NCBI GenBank assembly: GCA_963701025.1
Contig: OY969557.1
Location: 36,849 to 100,848, forward strand
Source: an uncultured bacterium
GTDB lineage: Bacteria > Patescibacteriota > Minisyncoccia > Phycocordibacterales > PALSA-1337
Direction of reading: 5' to 3'
Length of the DNA: 64,000 bases
The translations under genes and the position numbers were made by a program. The notes below the pieces were generated by a model that was not told the origin of the DNA, ran no database searches, and saw only the letters and a list, made by a program, of their open reading frames with translations. Positions within the stretch are counted from its first letter, which is position 1; each line of letters opens with the position of its first letter. This document shows, one piece after another, positions 7,588-18,257 of the stretch.

Positions 7588-9933
7588 ATGCCACAGAAAA
7601 AGAAAAACGCACCGGCTCCGTCCATATCTGCCGTCAAGCAGGCGAAAGCGCCGACTATACCGACGATCGTCAAGAGAGACGGGCGGATCGTGCCGTTCGA
7701 CCTTGAAAAGATCACCAATGCCATCTGGAAGGGCATGAATACCATGCATGAGGGCTCGCTGGAAGAGGCCCGCATGGTCGCGAATCAGGTTCTGGCCGAG
7801 CTTTTCCGCGTCAAGAAGAAATTCAAGAACTTCCTGCCGACCGTCGAGGGCGTCCAGGACACGGTCGAACAGGAATTGATGCGCTCCGACTACGTCAAGA
7901 CCGCCAAACACTACGTCCTCTACCGCGAGGAGCGCTCCAAGATCCGCGCCCAAGGACTGGAAGTGCCGGAGCACGTGCGCAAGCTTGCCACCGATTCAAA
8001 AAAATATTTTAGGAACGCTCTTGGCGAGTTCGTCTACTATCGGACTTATTCCCGCTGGATCGACAAAGAGTCCCGCCGCGAGACTTGGATCGAGACAGTC
8101 GACCGTTACATGGGGTTCATGCGCGAGAACCTCGGCAACAAGATGAAAGAGGCCGAGTACAAGGAGATCCGCGAATACATTTTGAATCAAGAGGCCATCC
8201 CTTCGATGCGCTTGTTGCAGTTCGCCGGTCCCGCTGCGCGGAGAACGAATGTCTGCGGCTATAATTGCGCGTACATCGCTCCGGAATCTTTTCAAGACTT
8301 GTCGGAGATCATGTACGTATCCATGAACGGCACCGGCATAGGTTTCTCGGCCGAGTCCGCCAACGTCCAAAAATTCCCCCAGATACTCATGCAGACCGGA
8401 GAAAAGCTTCCGACTCACGTCGTCGCCGATTCCAAGGAGGGCTGGTGCCAGGCATTCGTCGCTGGCGCCACCGCCTGGGCCTCTGGCAAAGACGTCGATT
8501 TTGATTTCTCATTGGTCCGGCCGCTTGGGGCGCGCTTGAAGACTGGCGGCGGCAAGGCTTCCGGGCCAGCGCCTCTCGAGCGCCTTTTAGCTTTCACACG
8601 CCAGATCATGTTCGACCGACAAGGCAGGCGCATGCGCAACATAGACGTGCATGACATCATTTGCATGATGGGAGAATGCATAGTAGCCGGCGGCGTCAGG
8701 AGGAGCGCCCTTATTTCCTTGTCGGACCTGGATGATCCGGAGATCCGTGACGCCAAGAAAGGCGCTTTCTATATGACCCACCCGCACCGTTCTTTGGCTA
8801 ATAATTCGGCCGTATACGTCAGCAAACCGACGAACGAGGAATTCCTGAAAGAATGGATGGCCCTTATAGAGAGCCGTTCCGGCGAGCGGGGCATATTCAA
8901 TCGCGGTTCATTGGCCACGACCCTGCCGTCGCGCCGCATCAAGGCCTTGAAGGGATACAAGGGCTATTTCGATTCATCAGGACAGCACATCATCGGCTTG
9001 ATCGGCGTCAATCCATGCGGCGAGATCATCCTCCAGTCCAAGCAGTTCTGCAATCTGTCGGAAGTCGTCGCCCGCGCGGACGACACCTTCGCCACTCTCA
9101 TGAAGAAAGTCCGCATCGCCGCCATCCTCGGCACTTATCAGTCGATGCTGACCCATTTCGAATACTTGTCTAAAGAATGGAAAGAACATTGCGAGAAGGA
9201 ACGGCTGCTCGGCGTCTCCATCACAGGTCAGTGGGACTGTCCGGCCGTGCAAAAGCCAGAGGTCATGAGGAAGCTTCGCGACGAGGCTATCAAAGTGAAC
9301 AAGGAATATGCCAGACGTTTCGGCATCAGCGAATCGACCGCCGTGACCTGCGTCAAGCCTTCCGGCAACGGTTCCCAGACCTTCGACTGTTCGTCCGGCA
9401 TGCATCCGCGCCACGCCAAATATTATATCCGCCGCGCCCGTATCGCTTCGACGGACTCTCTGTTCAAGATGCTTCGGGATCAGGGCGTGCCGTATCACCC
9501 GGAGGTCGGACAGACTATGGAGAACGCGACTACGTTCGTCCTAGAATTCCCGGTCAAGGCTCCCCAGGGAACTACGAGGTTCAAGAATGATCTCACGGCC
9601 ATCGAGCAGTTGGAATATTGGAAGATGGTCAAAGTCAATTTCACCGAGCATAATCCGTCAGTGACCATATCCGTCGGCAACGACGAGTGGATCGCCGTGG
9701 CCGACTGGGTCTATGAGAACTGGGACATCGTCGGCGGCCTGTCGTTCCTGCCGCGCGAGGACCACGTCTATCAGCTGGCTCCATACGAGGCCATCGACGA
9801 GAAGCGTTATAAAGAGCTCTCCAAGCGCCTGGAGCACATCGACTATTCCAAGATCATCACCTATGAAAAGCAGAACGAGACCGATCTCAAGAAAGAGCTG
9901 GCATGCGTGGCTGGGGTTTGTGAGGTCGTGTAG
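7588..9933 (+). CDS. ribonucleotide reductase large subunit with N-terminal ATP-cone, most consistent with the class II (adenosylcobalamin-dependent) type; no nrdB partner adjacent
   Basis: 781 aa. ATP-cone (VKRDGRIVPFDLEKITNAI), an NPCGEIIL active-site thiyl-radical cysteine region, and a C-terminal CxxxxC (ACVAGVCEVV) redox pair. No small-subunit gene lies downstream; RNase P RNA follows instead. Confidence 0.6.
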   Translation: MPQKKKNAPAPSISAVKQAKAPTIPTIVKRDGRIVPFDLEKITNAIWKGMNTMHEGSLEEARMVANQVLAELFRVKKKFKNFLPTVEGVQDTVEQELMRSDYVKTAKHYVLYREERSKIRAQGLEVPEHVRKLATDSKKYFRNALGEFVYYRTYSRWIDKESRRETWIETVDRYMGFMRENLGNKMKEAEYKEIREYILNQEAIPSMRLLQFAGPAARRTNVCGYNCAYIAPESFQDLSEIMYVSMNGTGIGFSAESANVQKFPQILMQTGEKLPTHVVADSKEGWCQAFVAGATAWASGKDVDFDFSLVRPLGARLKTGGGKASGPAPLERLLAFTRQIMFDRQGRRMRNIDVHDIICMMGECIVAGGVRRSALISLSDLDDPEIRDAKKGAFYMTHPHRSLANNSAVYVSKPTNEEFLKEWMALIESRSGERGIFNRGSLATTLPSRRIKALKGYKGYFDSSGQHIIGLIGVNPCGEIILQSKQFCNLSEVVARADDTFATLMKKVRIAAILGTYQSMLTHFEYLSKEWKEHCEKERLLGVSITGQWDCPAVQKPEVMRKLRDEAIKVNKEYARRFGISESTAVTCVKPSGNGSQTFDCSSGMHPRHAKYYIRRARIASTDSLFKMLRDQGVPYHPEVGQTMENATTFVLEFPVKAPQGTTRFKNDLTAIEQLEYWKMVKVNFTEHNPSVTISVGNDEWIAVADWVYENWDIVGGLSFLPREDHVYQLAPYEAIDEKRYKELSKRLEHIDYSKIITYEKQNETDLKKELACVAGVCEVV

Positions 9934-9985
9934 GGAAATCCGAATCTACGAATAGCATCCGAATGCTACGAATGGCGAATAAAAA

Positions 9986-10011
9986 GCGAGCCTTGAATGG
10001 GCTCGTTTTTT
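9986..10011 (+). terminator. rho-independent terminator after the RNR gene
   Basis: gcgagcc-ttgaatg-ggctcg followed by tttttt. Confidence 0.7.
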
Positions 10012-10077
10012 AGAGGATTGTGGTGCGGGCGACTAAGAAGTAAGGTACCAGTGGCAAGTTCATTTTGGTTACTTTCC

Positions 10078-10104
10078 AAAAGTGTCAAGAAAGTTGTCAC
10101 TTTT
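10078..10104. repeat. palindromic motif AAAAGTGTCAA-GAAAG-TTGTCACTTTT (member of a recurring family)
   Basis: Near-perfect inverted repeat. The same arm sequences recur at 15307-15331 and 61965-61991, and relatives occur at 26146-26210 and 61864-61927. Confidence 0.6.
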
Positions 10105-10304
10105 AATGAGTAAAGGGTATGGGATATCTATGATCGGACCCCCCGTTTTCAAAACCGTATATCTATACGGAATACACACTGCACCCCACGATTCATAGCA
10201 GTTGATATGATGTTTTATGTCCTGAATCGTATGGTTATACGGATTTGAGAATAGGATGTCGGAGAGAGAGGTGTCCCGTCTCGCCGGATAAAAAAGCCGC
10301 TTTC

Positions 10305-10333
10305 TTGTCAAGGCTCCTTAAATCTGCTATATT
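10305..10333 (+). promoter_or_regulatory. sigma70-like promoter for RNase P RNA (TTGTCA-N17-TATATT)
   Basis: The -35 and -10 hexamers have 17-bp spacing and sit immediately upstream of the rnpB 5' end. A similar TGCTATATT -10 context lies upstream of lepA. Confidence 0.4.
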
Positions 10334-10339
10334 GCCCCC

Positions 10340-10792
10340 AGCTGTACCAGACGACCGCGCCGCGCCTTTTTGGAGCCTAAAAAATTTCGGCTTCGAAAAG
10401 GCGCGGTGAGGAAAGTCCGAACACCGGCTTTGTGGGGACATCAAAGCGATCGCTCCCATAAAGCAGACGAGTAGCAGGTAACGCCTGTCAGGGTAACGCC
10501 CAGAGGTGCGAACAGTGACGCCCGAGCCGAAAGGCGGAGGCTCCGCGATATTCGCCGGTCGAAAGGCTGGCGGATGAGGCGGATGAATTCCTTGGCGACA
10601 GGGAAGTGCAACGGCAAAATCCTTACTTCGGTGCAAGACCGCGTCCCGCGAGGCCCTCAAAAGCCGAACGGGAAGAGTCGCTCGAGGTCGGCAGTGATGC
10701 CGATCCCAGATATATGGTTGTCCCGTCCGTTCGCCCTTCGCCGCTTGGCGGAGGCGGATGGATAGACAGAATTCGGCTTACGGTACGGCCAG
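10340..10792 (+). ncRNA. rnpB: RNase P RNA (bacterial type A), approximate ends
   Basis: The conserved P4 strands GAGGAAAGTCCG (10407-10420) and ACAGAATTCGGCTTA (10766-10780) are present, together with GGTAACGCC and AAGTGCAACGGCAAA internal motifs. A P3-like hairpin gcgcctttttggagcc...cggcttcgaaaaggcgc lies near the 5' end. Confidence 0.8.
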
Positions 10793-10907
10793 GAGATCCC
10801 CGTTTCGTTCCCGTCATTTTGACGGCGGACGAGCGGGGATTTCCGTTGGCGCTTGCCGAGCGGTTTGCTATACTTACAGGGCATTTTACCAGCACTAATT
10901 TTCCCAC

Positions 10908-13340
10908 ATGCCCATGAACCCAGAGTCCTCATCGAGTCGCGAACTTTCAAGGATCGAGGCATGGGCCTATCGCGTCCTCGTTGCCGCCGTATTCCTGGTC
11001 CCGCTCGCATTCCTGCCGACTAACTATGTCTCTCTTGATTTGGTAAAGACGGTCATCATCGTTCTTGCCGTTGCCGCTTCGGCTGTCCTCTATGTTTTCG
11101 TCGCTTGGAAGGAGAAGGCGGCCGTACTGCCGCCTCGCGCCATCCTCTGGTCGTCTGCGGCGATCATCGTCTCGGTCGTGGCGTCCGCGCTCGCCGTCCA
11201 TCCGATCTCGAAGTCGTTCTTCGGCCAAGGGTTCGAGACCGACACGGTCGGCTTCATTCTCGTCCTCTTCGGTGCTCTCTGCGTCTCCTATACGGCGATC
11301 GTCCGTCGCCCGGAGCACGCCGTCGGCCTTTATGCCGCCGTCGTCGCGTCTTTTTTCGTACTTGAAATATTCCACGCTCTGCGCTTCATCTTTGGCCAAG
11401 GTTTCGCTTCGCTAGGCATACTCTCATCTGTGACCGCGACTGCATTGGGAAGCTGGTATTCCATAGGAGACTACGCTCTTATCGTGTTCATCATCGTTAT
11501 CACTGCCCTTACTCTCCTGCCTCTGTCGCGCGTCATGAAGATAGTCTATGGTCTTGTCGCTCTCGCTGCTTTTGTCGGGGTGTTTTTCGTCAATGATATG
11601 CGCGCATGGGCTGTTGCCGCCGTGGTATTTTTGGGCTTTGCTCTCTGTGCCACTTTTTCTCGGCCTAGCCCAGAACCTGATCGTGCCAAAAGTGATCAAT
11701 CAGGAAAGAGCATGTCTATTGTCCGCGTCTGGCTCATTCGGATTGCCTGGTTGCCGTTCGTGGCCTTCATCGTCTGTGCGGGCTTTGCCTGGAAGGGAAG
11801 CGTTATTGCCAGCCCAGCCATCGGCGCGATCGGCGCTAACTATTCGGAAGCGCAGTTGCCGTGGCAGCAGACTCTCGACGTCGGGGCCGGAGCGATCAAA
11901 GATTCACCGATCCTTGGGGCCGGGCCCAACCGATTCACCCAAGCCTATATCGCCCACAAGCCGGCCGAGGTCAATGCGACCGACGCCTGGAGCGTTGAGT
12001 TCAGCTCCGGCTCCGGCTTCATACCGACCCTCTTCGTCACGGAAGGACTCTTTGGCATCGTCGCCTGGATCGTCTTCCTGGTCTTCCTCGGCATCGTCGG
12101 TGCCCGTGCATTGCGCTACGTCGGCCGGCGGACCGCCGATCCCCGTGAGCGTTTCATCCTTATCTCTTCCTATGCCGTCTCGGTCTTCCTTTGGCTTATG
12201 CTCATAGTCTCGGTCCAGCCTCACGCGCTCATCTTTCTCACATTCGTAGTCATGGGCGTTTTTCTAGGTTCGTCGGTTTCATTCGGCGCCGCTTCAGGAT
12301 GGGTGATTCCGTTCGAGGCAGGAAGGCGCGCCAGGATCTCTCCTTACGCTCTCGGGCTTGTCGTCTTTCTAGCCGCGGCGGTTTCAGTGATCTATATCAA
12401 GGATGCCGTAGCTCTCGCGTATTTCGGCGCTGGCATCAGAGAGTTGAACGTTTCGTCTGATGCCCCGGCCGCCGATGCCGACTTTTCCCGGGCGCTTGCT
12501 CTCCATGATTCAGATATCTTCTGGCAGGCGCGCGCCGAAGCCGGCATATCCGCTGCGCAGAAAGTAATATCTTCGGTTACGCCGTCGTCGCCGGCTTCGA
12601 CCACGCAGGCCGCCGCGACCGCGGTCGCGGCGATCATCAATCGATCTCTCGGCTATGCGGAAAAAGCCGTGGCCTACGATCCGTCGTATTATTCCAATTA
12701 CCTTTCCGAAGCTCGCGTATCGGCCCAGGCCGCTAGCGTCGGCATGACAGGTGCGTACGACACCGCCGTCGCCGCCTACACCCAAGCCTCGCGTCTCGAT
12801 CCGGGGAACCCGTCCATATATCTCTCTCTGGCGCAACTCCAAGCGCAGATGAATAAGCTTCCTGACGCTCTTCAGACGCTAGGTTCCGCCCTTCAGGTCA
12901 AGAACAATTACCTCGACGCCATATATCTCCTGTCGCAGGTCGAGGCGGCTCAAGGCAACTTGAAAGACGCCATAACCGCCGCCGGAGTGGCCATACAGAT
13001 CAACCCGCAAAACCCTCTTCTCTTTTTCCAGCTCGGCCTTCTGGAATACAATAACGCCGCCTATAGTGACGCTGTTGCCGCGCTCGAAAAAGCAGTCGCC
13101 CTCGAGTCAGATTACGCCAATGCGCGCTACTTCCTGGCCCTCTCCTACGCCCGTTTGGGCAGGACCGCCGACGCCCTCACCCAGTTCAACCAACTGGCCG
13201 TCTCCAATCCCGGCAACCAGACGGTCCAGTCCGCCATAACTGCTCTCAAGTCTGGCAAGTCCATATTCGCTCCTGCTACGGCTTCCGCTGCCGCCGCGGC
13301 CAAAAATCCCCAGCTTCCTCTCAAGGAAAAGAGCCAATAG
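10908..13340 (+). CDS. polytopic membrane protein, O-antigen ligase (Wzy_C)-like with C-terminal TPR repeats
   Basis: 810 aa with about 12 predicted TM helices, then repeated AxxYxxLAxxY-type TPR-like motifs (e.g. ANARYFLALSYARLGRTADAL). Confidence 0.5.
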   Translation: MPMNPESSSSRELSRIEAWAYRVLVAAVFLVPLAFLPTNYVSLDLVKTVIIVLAVAASAVLYVFVAWKEKAAVLPPRAILWSSAAIIVSVVASALAVHPISKSFFGQGFETDTVGFILVLFGALCVSYTAIVRRPEHAVGLYAAVVASFFVLEIFHALRFIFGQGFASLGILSSVTATALGSWYSIGDYALIVFIIVITALTLLPLSRVMKIVYGLVALAAFVGVFFVNDMRAWAVAAVVFLGFALCATFSRPSPEPDRAKSDQSGKSMSIVRVWLIRIAWLPFVAFIVCAGFAWKGSVIASPAIGAIGANYSEAQLPWQQTLDVGAGAIKDSPILGAGPNRFTQAYIAHKPAEVNATDAWSVEFSSGSGFIPTLFVTEGLFGIVAWIVFLVFLGIVGARALRYVGRRTADPRERFILISSYAVSVFLWLMLIVSVQPHALIFLTFVVMGVFLGSSVSFGAASGWVIPFEAGRRARISPYALGLVVFLAAAVSVIYIKDAVALAYFGAGIRELNVSSDAPAADADFSRALALHDSDIFWQARAEAGISAAQKVISSVTPSSPASTTQAAATAVAAIINRSLGYAEKAVAYDPSYYSNYLSEARVSAQAASVGMTGAYDTAVAAYTQASRLDPGNPSIYLSLAQLQAQMNKLPDALQTLGSALQVKNNYLDAIYLLSQVEAAQGNLKDAITAAGVAIQINPQNPLLFFQLGLLEYNNAAYSDAVAALEKAVALESDYANARYFLALSYARLGRTADALTQFNQLAVSNPGNQTVQSAITALKSGKSIFAPATASAAAAAKNPQLPLKEKSQ

Positions 13341-13360
13341 CCACAGCGTCACCCGTATAC

Positions 13361-15038
13361 ATGGTCAAGAAATGGTTCTCATTCATCGGCAAGGAAATAC
13401 GCGGTCTTCATGAGGCCGCGTATCTTCTGGCGATTTTCGCCCTCCTTTCCCAACTTCTCGGCCTCGTCCGGGACAAGCTCTTGGCTTTCACTTTCGGCGC
13501 CGGACACAGTCTCGATATCTACTACGCGGCGTTCCGGATACCTGATCTCATATTCGCCTCGGTCGGCTCTCTGGTCTCCGCTTCCATTCTCCTTCCGTAT
13601 TTCATCGAGCGCTTCGGACGGAATTCAGAAGAGGGCCGAGCCTTTTCCGACGCCATATTCACCATATTCTTCGGCCTGATGATCGTCGTCTCGGTCATCA
13701 TGTTCGCCATCGCCCCGTGGCTCATCCCCCGTGTCATACCCGGCTTCGCCCACGACCCGTCCCTGCCGGACCTCATCTTCTCCATGCGCATCATGCTCCT
13801 GTCGCCATTCTTCCTCTCCCTTTCCAATCTCTTCTCCAGCCTGACCCAGATGAGACATCGCTTCCTGGTCTACGCGGCGTCGCCGGCTCTCTATAACATC
13901 GGCATCATCGCCGGTACGCTCCTCATATATCCTCTGCTCGGCGTCCGCGGCTTGGCCATCGGCGTGGCCATCGGCGCCTTCCTCCACATGGGCATACAGA
14001 TGCCGTTCCTCTCCGGCGAGAAGCTCATGCCGCGCTTCACTCGCGCCATCGATTGGCCGCACGTGAAGGCCGTCCTCTACTCGGCTCTTCCGCGCACGGT
14101 CACCCTGTCGGCCAACCAGATCGCCTCTTTCGTCCTCGTCTCGCTGGCTTCGCTCATGACGGCCGGCTCCATCTCCATATTCAATTTCGCTTTCAATCTC
14201 CAATCGGTGCCCTTGACCATCATCGGCGCCAGTTATTCGTCCGCCGTCTTTCCGACATTGTCTCGCCTGTATTTCGATAAGAACATAAAGGAGTATCCTG
14301 GAGAAGATGATCGCATCGGCCAGGCACATCATCTTCTGGTCCATGCCCATCATGGTGCTCTTCATCGTCCTGCGCGCCCAGATCGTCCGCACGGTCTTGG
14401 GCGCCGGTAAGTTCGATTGGGCCGATACCCGGCTCACCGCCGCCATGCTGGCTCTCTTCACCATCTCGACCATCGGCCAGAGCCTGATCGTGCTTTTCGT
14501 CCGTGCCTTTTACGCCGAGGGCAAGACCAGCAAGCCGCTCCTCATCAACGCCATTTCCGCGACGCTCATCGTCGTCTCCGGTTTTGGATTCATACGTCTT
14601 TTCCAGATGTACCCGATATTCCAATATTTCATCGAAAATCTCCTCAAGGTCGATGGCCAGACCGGCACCATCGTGCTCACGCTGGCTCTGGCATATTCGC
14701 TCGGCGTCATCGTCAACACGGTCCTGCATTGGTGGACGTTCGCTCGGACGTATCCCGGATTTACCAAACCGGTCATGTCGACCCTGTTCCACAGCTTTGC
14801 CGCCTCGGTCATCATGGGCTATGCCGCGTTCCAGGGCTTGCGCCTGTTCTCCTTCTTCCCGCAGGAGAAGGTCTGGGGCATATTCATGCAGGGCTTCTGC
14901 GCCGGGCTGTCAGGACTCATTATCGGCGTCGCCGTCCTCATCCTGCTCAAGAACAAGGAGCTCGCCGAAGTCTGGCGCACTCTCCATCACAAGATATGGA
15001 AAGCCAATGTGCCGCCGGCGGAGGTGGAGCATTTGTAG
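13361..15038 (+). pseudogene. murJ: murJ (lipid II flippase, MviN family) interrupted by a single +1 frameshift near 14297
   Basis: ORF 13361-14410 carries the MurJ N-terminus (LGLVRDKLLAFTFGAGHSLDIYYAAFRIPDLIF). ORF 14307-15038 carries the C-terminal half in the +1 frame. Removing one C at tatCCtgg restores ...DKNIKEYLEKMIASARHII... Could be a sequencing indel. Confidence 0.6.
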
Positions 15039-15306
15039 GGAAGCGCGCGTAAATCCTCAGAGATTTCTGTCGATATAATGCGTGGCTTTTTGATACATCC
15101 ATTTCGTGCGCTTTTCCGTGGTCGATCTTCGGGCAATTTTTCTCTTTTCGAATTTCTTCAGGATATAAAGCGTCGTTGTCCTTGGAAGTTTTGCTTGCCG
15201 AGCTACGACAGAGACATCTGCATATAAGGACTGTCAATCAAATAGGCGGCACTTGCAAATGATGCTTAGGGGCGGGGGAGAGGACATGTATTTTGCTCAC
15301 CCAGTG

Positions 15307-15331
15307 AAAGTGTCAAAAAAGTTGACACTTT
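15307..15331. repeat. perfect palindrome AAAGTGTCAA-AAAAG-TTGACACTTT (motif family), about 100 bp upstream of lepA
   Basis: Seen directly; both strands contain the TTGACA hexamer. Confidence 0.6.
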
Positions 15332-15428
15332 GCGGGAAATACACAAACCCAACACCCTACCCCCGTCTAGTTTATATGGCCTAAATACTTTTTGTAAATC
15401 AGCCTGAATACTGCTATATTCACTGCAC

Positions 15429-17288
15429 ATGACCCCCTCCCATATCCGCAACTTCAGCATCATCGCCCACATAGACCACGGCAAGTCCACTCTTGCCGAC
15501 CGCTTGCTTGAGATCACGGGAACGATCGAAAAACGGAAGATGCAGGAGCAAGTGCTCGATAGCATGGAATTGGAAAGGGAACGGGGCATCACCATCAAGC
15601 TTCAACCGGTGCGTATGATGTGGCGGCCCGGCGGGACGGACAAGACCGGAACAAAAGGCGATGAATACATGCTTAATCTGATCGACACACCCGGCCACAT
15701 CGATTTCTCATATGAAGTTTCGCGCGCGCTCAAGGCCGTCGAAGGATCTCTATCTTCTAGTCGATGCCACGCAGGGCGTCCAGGCCCAGACCCTGACTAC
15801 TTTGAATATGGCCAGGGAAGTCGGGACTTGCCATAATTCCCGTCGTCTCCAAGATAGATTCGCCGTTGGCGCGCACCGATGAAGTGGTAAAAGAAGTCAG
15901 CCAGCTCCTCGACTGCGCCGAATCTGACGTCGTTAAAGTCTCTGGTAAGACCGGCGAAGGCGTCGAGCATCTTCTAGACGAGATCATCAGAAGGATTCCC
16001 GCGCCTCAAAGTCCTCCACCCTCTATCCTCCACCCTCTATCCTCCACCCTCCACCCTCCACCCTCTACTTTCCGCTCCCTCATCTTCGACTTCCAATACT
16101 CCAACCACATTGGCGTCATCGTCTATGTCCGTGTCATGACCGGTTCGGTCAAGCGCCACGACAAGCTTGTATTCAAAGTATCCGGAAGGGAATTCGAGGC
16201 CATCGAAGTCGGCATATTCAAGCCTGACGAAACAGTCGCCGAGTCGCTCTCCGCCGGCGAGATAGGCTACATCGTCACCGGGATAAAAGAGCCGGGCATC
16301 GCCTCGGTCGGAGACACCATAGCTTCGGTCAAGGACACCTTGCCGCCGCTACCAGGCTATCAGACGCCGCGGCCGGTCGTTTGGGCCTCGCTCTATCCGG
16401 AATCGCAGGACGATCTGCCGCTCCTGCGCCAGGCCTTGAGCCGGCTCAGGCTGTCCGATTCGTCCTTCACCTATGAAGAAGAGGCTTCCGGCACCCTCGG
16501 CAAAGGCTATCGTTGCGGCTTCCTCGGCATGCTCCACCTCGAGATAGTGACCGAGCGCCTGCGCCGGGAATATCACATCGAGCTCGTCATCACCATGCCG
16601 ACCATCACTTATGCGGTCGAGCTCAAGAATGGCAAGAGATCAATCGTGTATTCGCCGTCACTGTTTCCTGACGAGAATGAAGTGCAAAAGTCTCCGAACC
16701 GATAATGACCATGAAGATAATCACGCCGCCGCAATATCTCGGTGGCCTGATGAAGCTCATATACGACCATGAAGGAGAGATACTCTCCACCGATAATTTC
16801 GGCGACAATCGGACTCTCCTCACGCTGCAGATGCCCTTGCGCGAGCTCATGCGCAATTTCTTCGACGAAGTCAAGAGCGTCTCATCCGGCTATGCTTCGA
16901 TATCCTACGACATCACCGAGAGCGGACCGGCCGACGTCGTGCGCATGGATATCCTGGTCGCCGACGAGCCGGTGGCGGCATTTGCCCGCATAGTCTCGCG
17001 CCGCCGAGCAGAGGAAGAAGCCGAGAAGCCGTCGAGCGTCTCTACGACATCATGCCGCGCGAGCTCTTCACCTATAAGATCCAGGCCAAAGCTCTCGGCC
17101 GCATCATATCCTCGCGCACGATATCCGGCAAGAAGAAAGACGCCGCCGCCACGCTCTCCGGAGGCGATATCACCCGCAAGATGAAATTGCGCGAGAAGCA
17201 AAAAGAGGGCAGGAAGCGCCTCAAGGAGCACGGCTCGGTCATCATCCCGCAGGAAGTCTTCGTAAAGATGATGCGGTCGGGGGAATGA
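15429..17288 (+). pseudogene. lepA: lepA (elongation factor 4) with at least 4 frameshifts plus an in-frame CCTCCACCCT-type tandem-repeat expansion
   Basis: Four successive ORFs (15429-15836, 15866-16705, 16705-17184, 17052-17288) tile the LepA sequence. It runs from [11 protein letters not shown] through [16 protein letters not shown] and TITYAVELK to the ELFTYKIQAKALGRIISSRTISGKKKDAAATLSGGDITRKMKLREKQKEGRKRLK...VIIPQEVFVKMM end. Single-nt insertions lie near 15758 and 15824 and single-nt deletions near 16688 (A4 tract) and about 17040. The repeat tract 16012-16072 inserts about 13 extra residues (PPPSILHPLSSTLHPPPSTF). Confidence 0.7.
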
Positions 17289-17430
17289 TCCTTATCTCTG
17301 CCATAAAGCAGGGAAATAGAGCATGATCATGCTCACGATGACCAGGATGCCGATGAACGATGAAGCCGACCCCGGCGATCTTGCGGGTTTTTTCGTGAAA
17401 TAGCATAGTCCGTGTAGTATACTGTGAAGC

Positions 17431-17814
17431 ATGGCATACGGCAACCGCTCTCCCTGGAAAAGATTCATATATTCGCCGGCTGGCATCCTTATCGGCTGTA
17501 TCGGCCTCTTCATTCTCGTGCGCGCCGCCTGGAATATCCATGAGAAAGCGGCGGCCGCCGGAGAGCGCCTGGCGCAGGCCCAATCGGAGCTTTCGAGTCT
17601 CGAACAACAAAAGAAATCGCTCTCGGATTCCATCGCCTATCTTTCCACCCCCGCCGGCGTCGAAGCCACCCTTCGCGACAAATATCATGCCGTCAAGCAA
17701 GGGGAATCGGTAGCCGTCATCGTGGATGATTCGTCCGGCGACGCTTCTTCCACAGCTTCGTCGACCACATCGGAATCATGGTGGGGCAGGTTCTTGGGCT
17801 TCCTCGGCTTTTGA
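17431..17814 (+). CDS. FtsB/DivIC-like septum formation initiator (single TM + coiled coil)
   Basis: N-terminal TM helix, a coiled coil (LAQAQSELSSLEQQKKSLSDSIAYL) and a typical LRDKYHAVKQGESVAVI C-terminal motif. Confidence 0.6.
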   Translation: MAYGNRSPWKRFIYSPAGILIGCIGLFILVRAAWNIHEKAAAAGERLAQAQSELSSLEQQKKSLSDSIAYLSTPAGVEATLRDKYHAVKQGESVAVIVDDSSGDASSTASSTTSESWWGRFLGFLGF

Positions 17815-17853
17815 TACTTCATATCCTCATACTATATACTTCATACGTTCCCT

Positions 17854-17924
17854 GCGGGTATGGTTTAGTGGCAGAACGCGACCTTCCCAAGGTTGAGACG
17901 CGAGTTCGATTCTCGCTACCCGCA
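17854..17924 (+). tRNA. tRNA-Gly (anticodon CCC)
   Basis: Cloverleaf: acceptor GCGGGTA/TACCCGC, anticodon stem CGACC/GGTTG with loop TTCCCAA, T-arm GCGAG-TTCGATT-CTCGC. No encoded CCA. Confidence 0.85.
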
Positions 17925-17983
17925 CAGCAACCCTCACAGCAAAAAACCGCCGGGGAACCCCGGGAGAAATTCACTGACTGATA

Positions 17984-18238
17984 TCACTTGATCCCCAACG
18001 TCGAGCGGAGCTTGGCCTCATCGAAGCCGACGACGATCTCGCCGCCGATGTCGATGACGGGCACGCCCATCTGGCCGGTCTTGTCGATCATCTCCTTGCG
18101 CTTCTCCAGGTCGGACGCGACATTGTACTCCGTGTACCCAACCGAGTTGGCCTTGAAGAAAGACTTGGCCATGTTGCAGTAGACGCACGTAGGGGTGGAA
18201 TAAATGGTGACGTTTTTCATAGAGCCATAGTATATCAC
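17984..18238 (-). CDS. glutaredoxin-like protein (NrdH/Grx family, CVYC active site)
   Basis: TIYSTPTCVYCNMAKSFF...GVPVIDIGGEIVVGFDEAKL. The start may be the internal Met at 18220. Confidence 0.75.
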   Translation of the reverse strand: MIYYGSMKNVTIYSTPTCVYCNMAKSFFKANSVGYTEYNVASDLEKRKEMIDKTGQMGVPVIDIGGEIVVGFDEAKLRSTLGIK

Positions 18239-18257
18239 ATGGTATAATCCAAGTTCA

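Noticed and set aside
9934-9985. Apparent ~20-bp tandem repeat (tccgaat[g]ctacgaat...) just after the RNR stop
   Set aside because: Only two imperfect units. Likely chance or part of the terminator context.
16012-16072. Short direct repeats CCTCCACCCT(CTAT) considered as a possible CRISPR or minisatellite
   Set aside because: There are no spacers. It is an in-frame microsatellite expansion inside lepA, not a CRISPR array. No CRISPR arrays were seen anywhere in the window.
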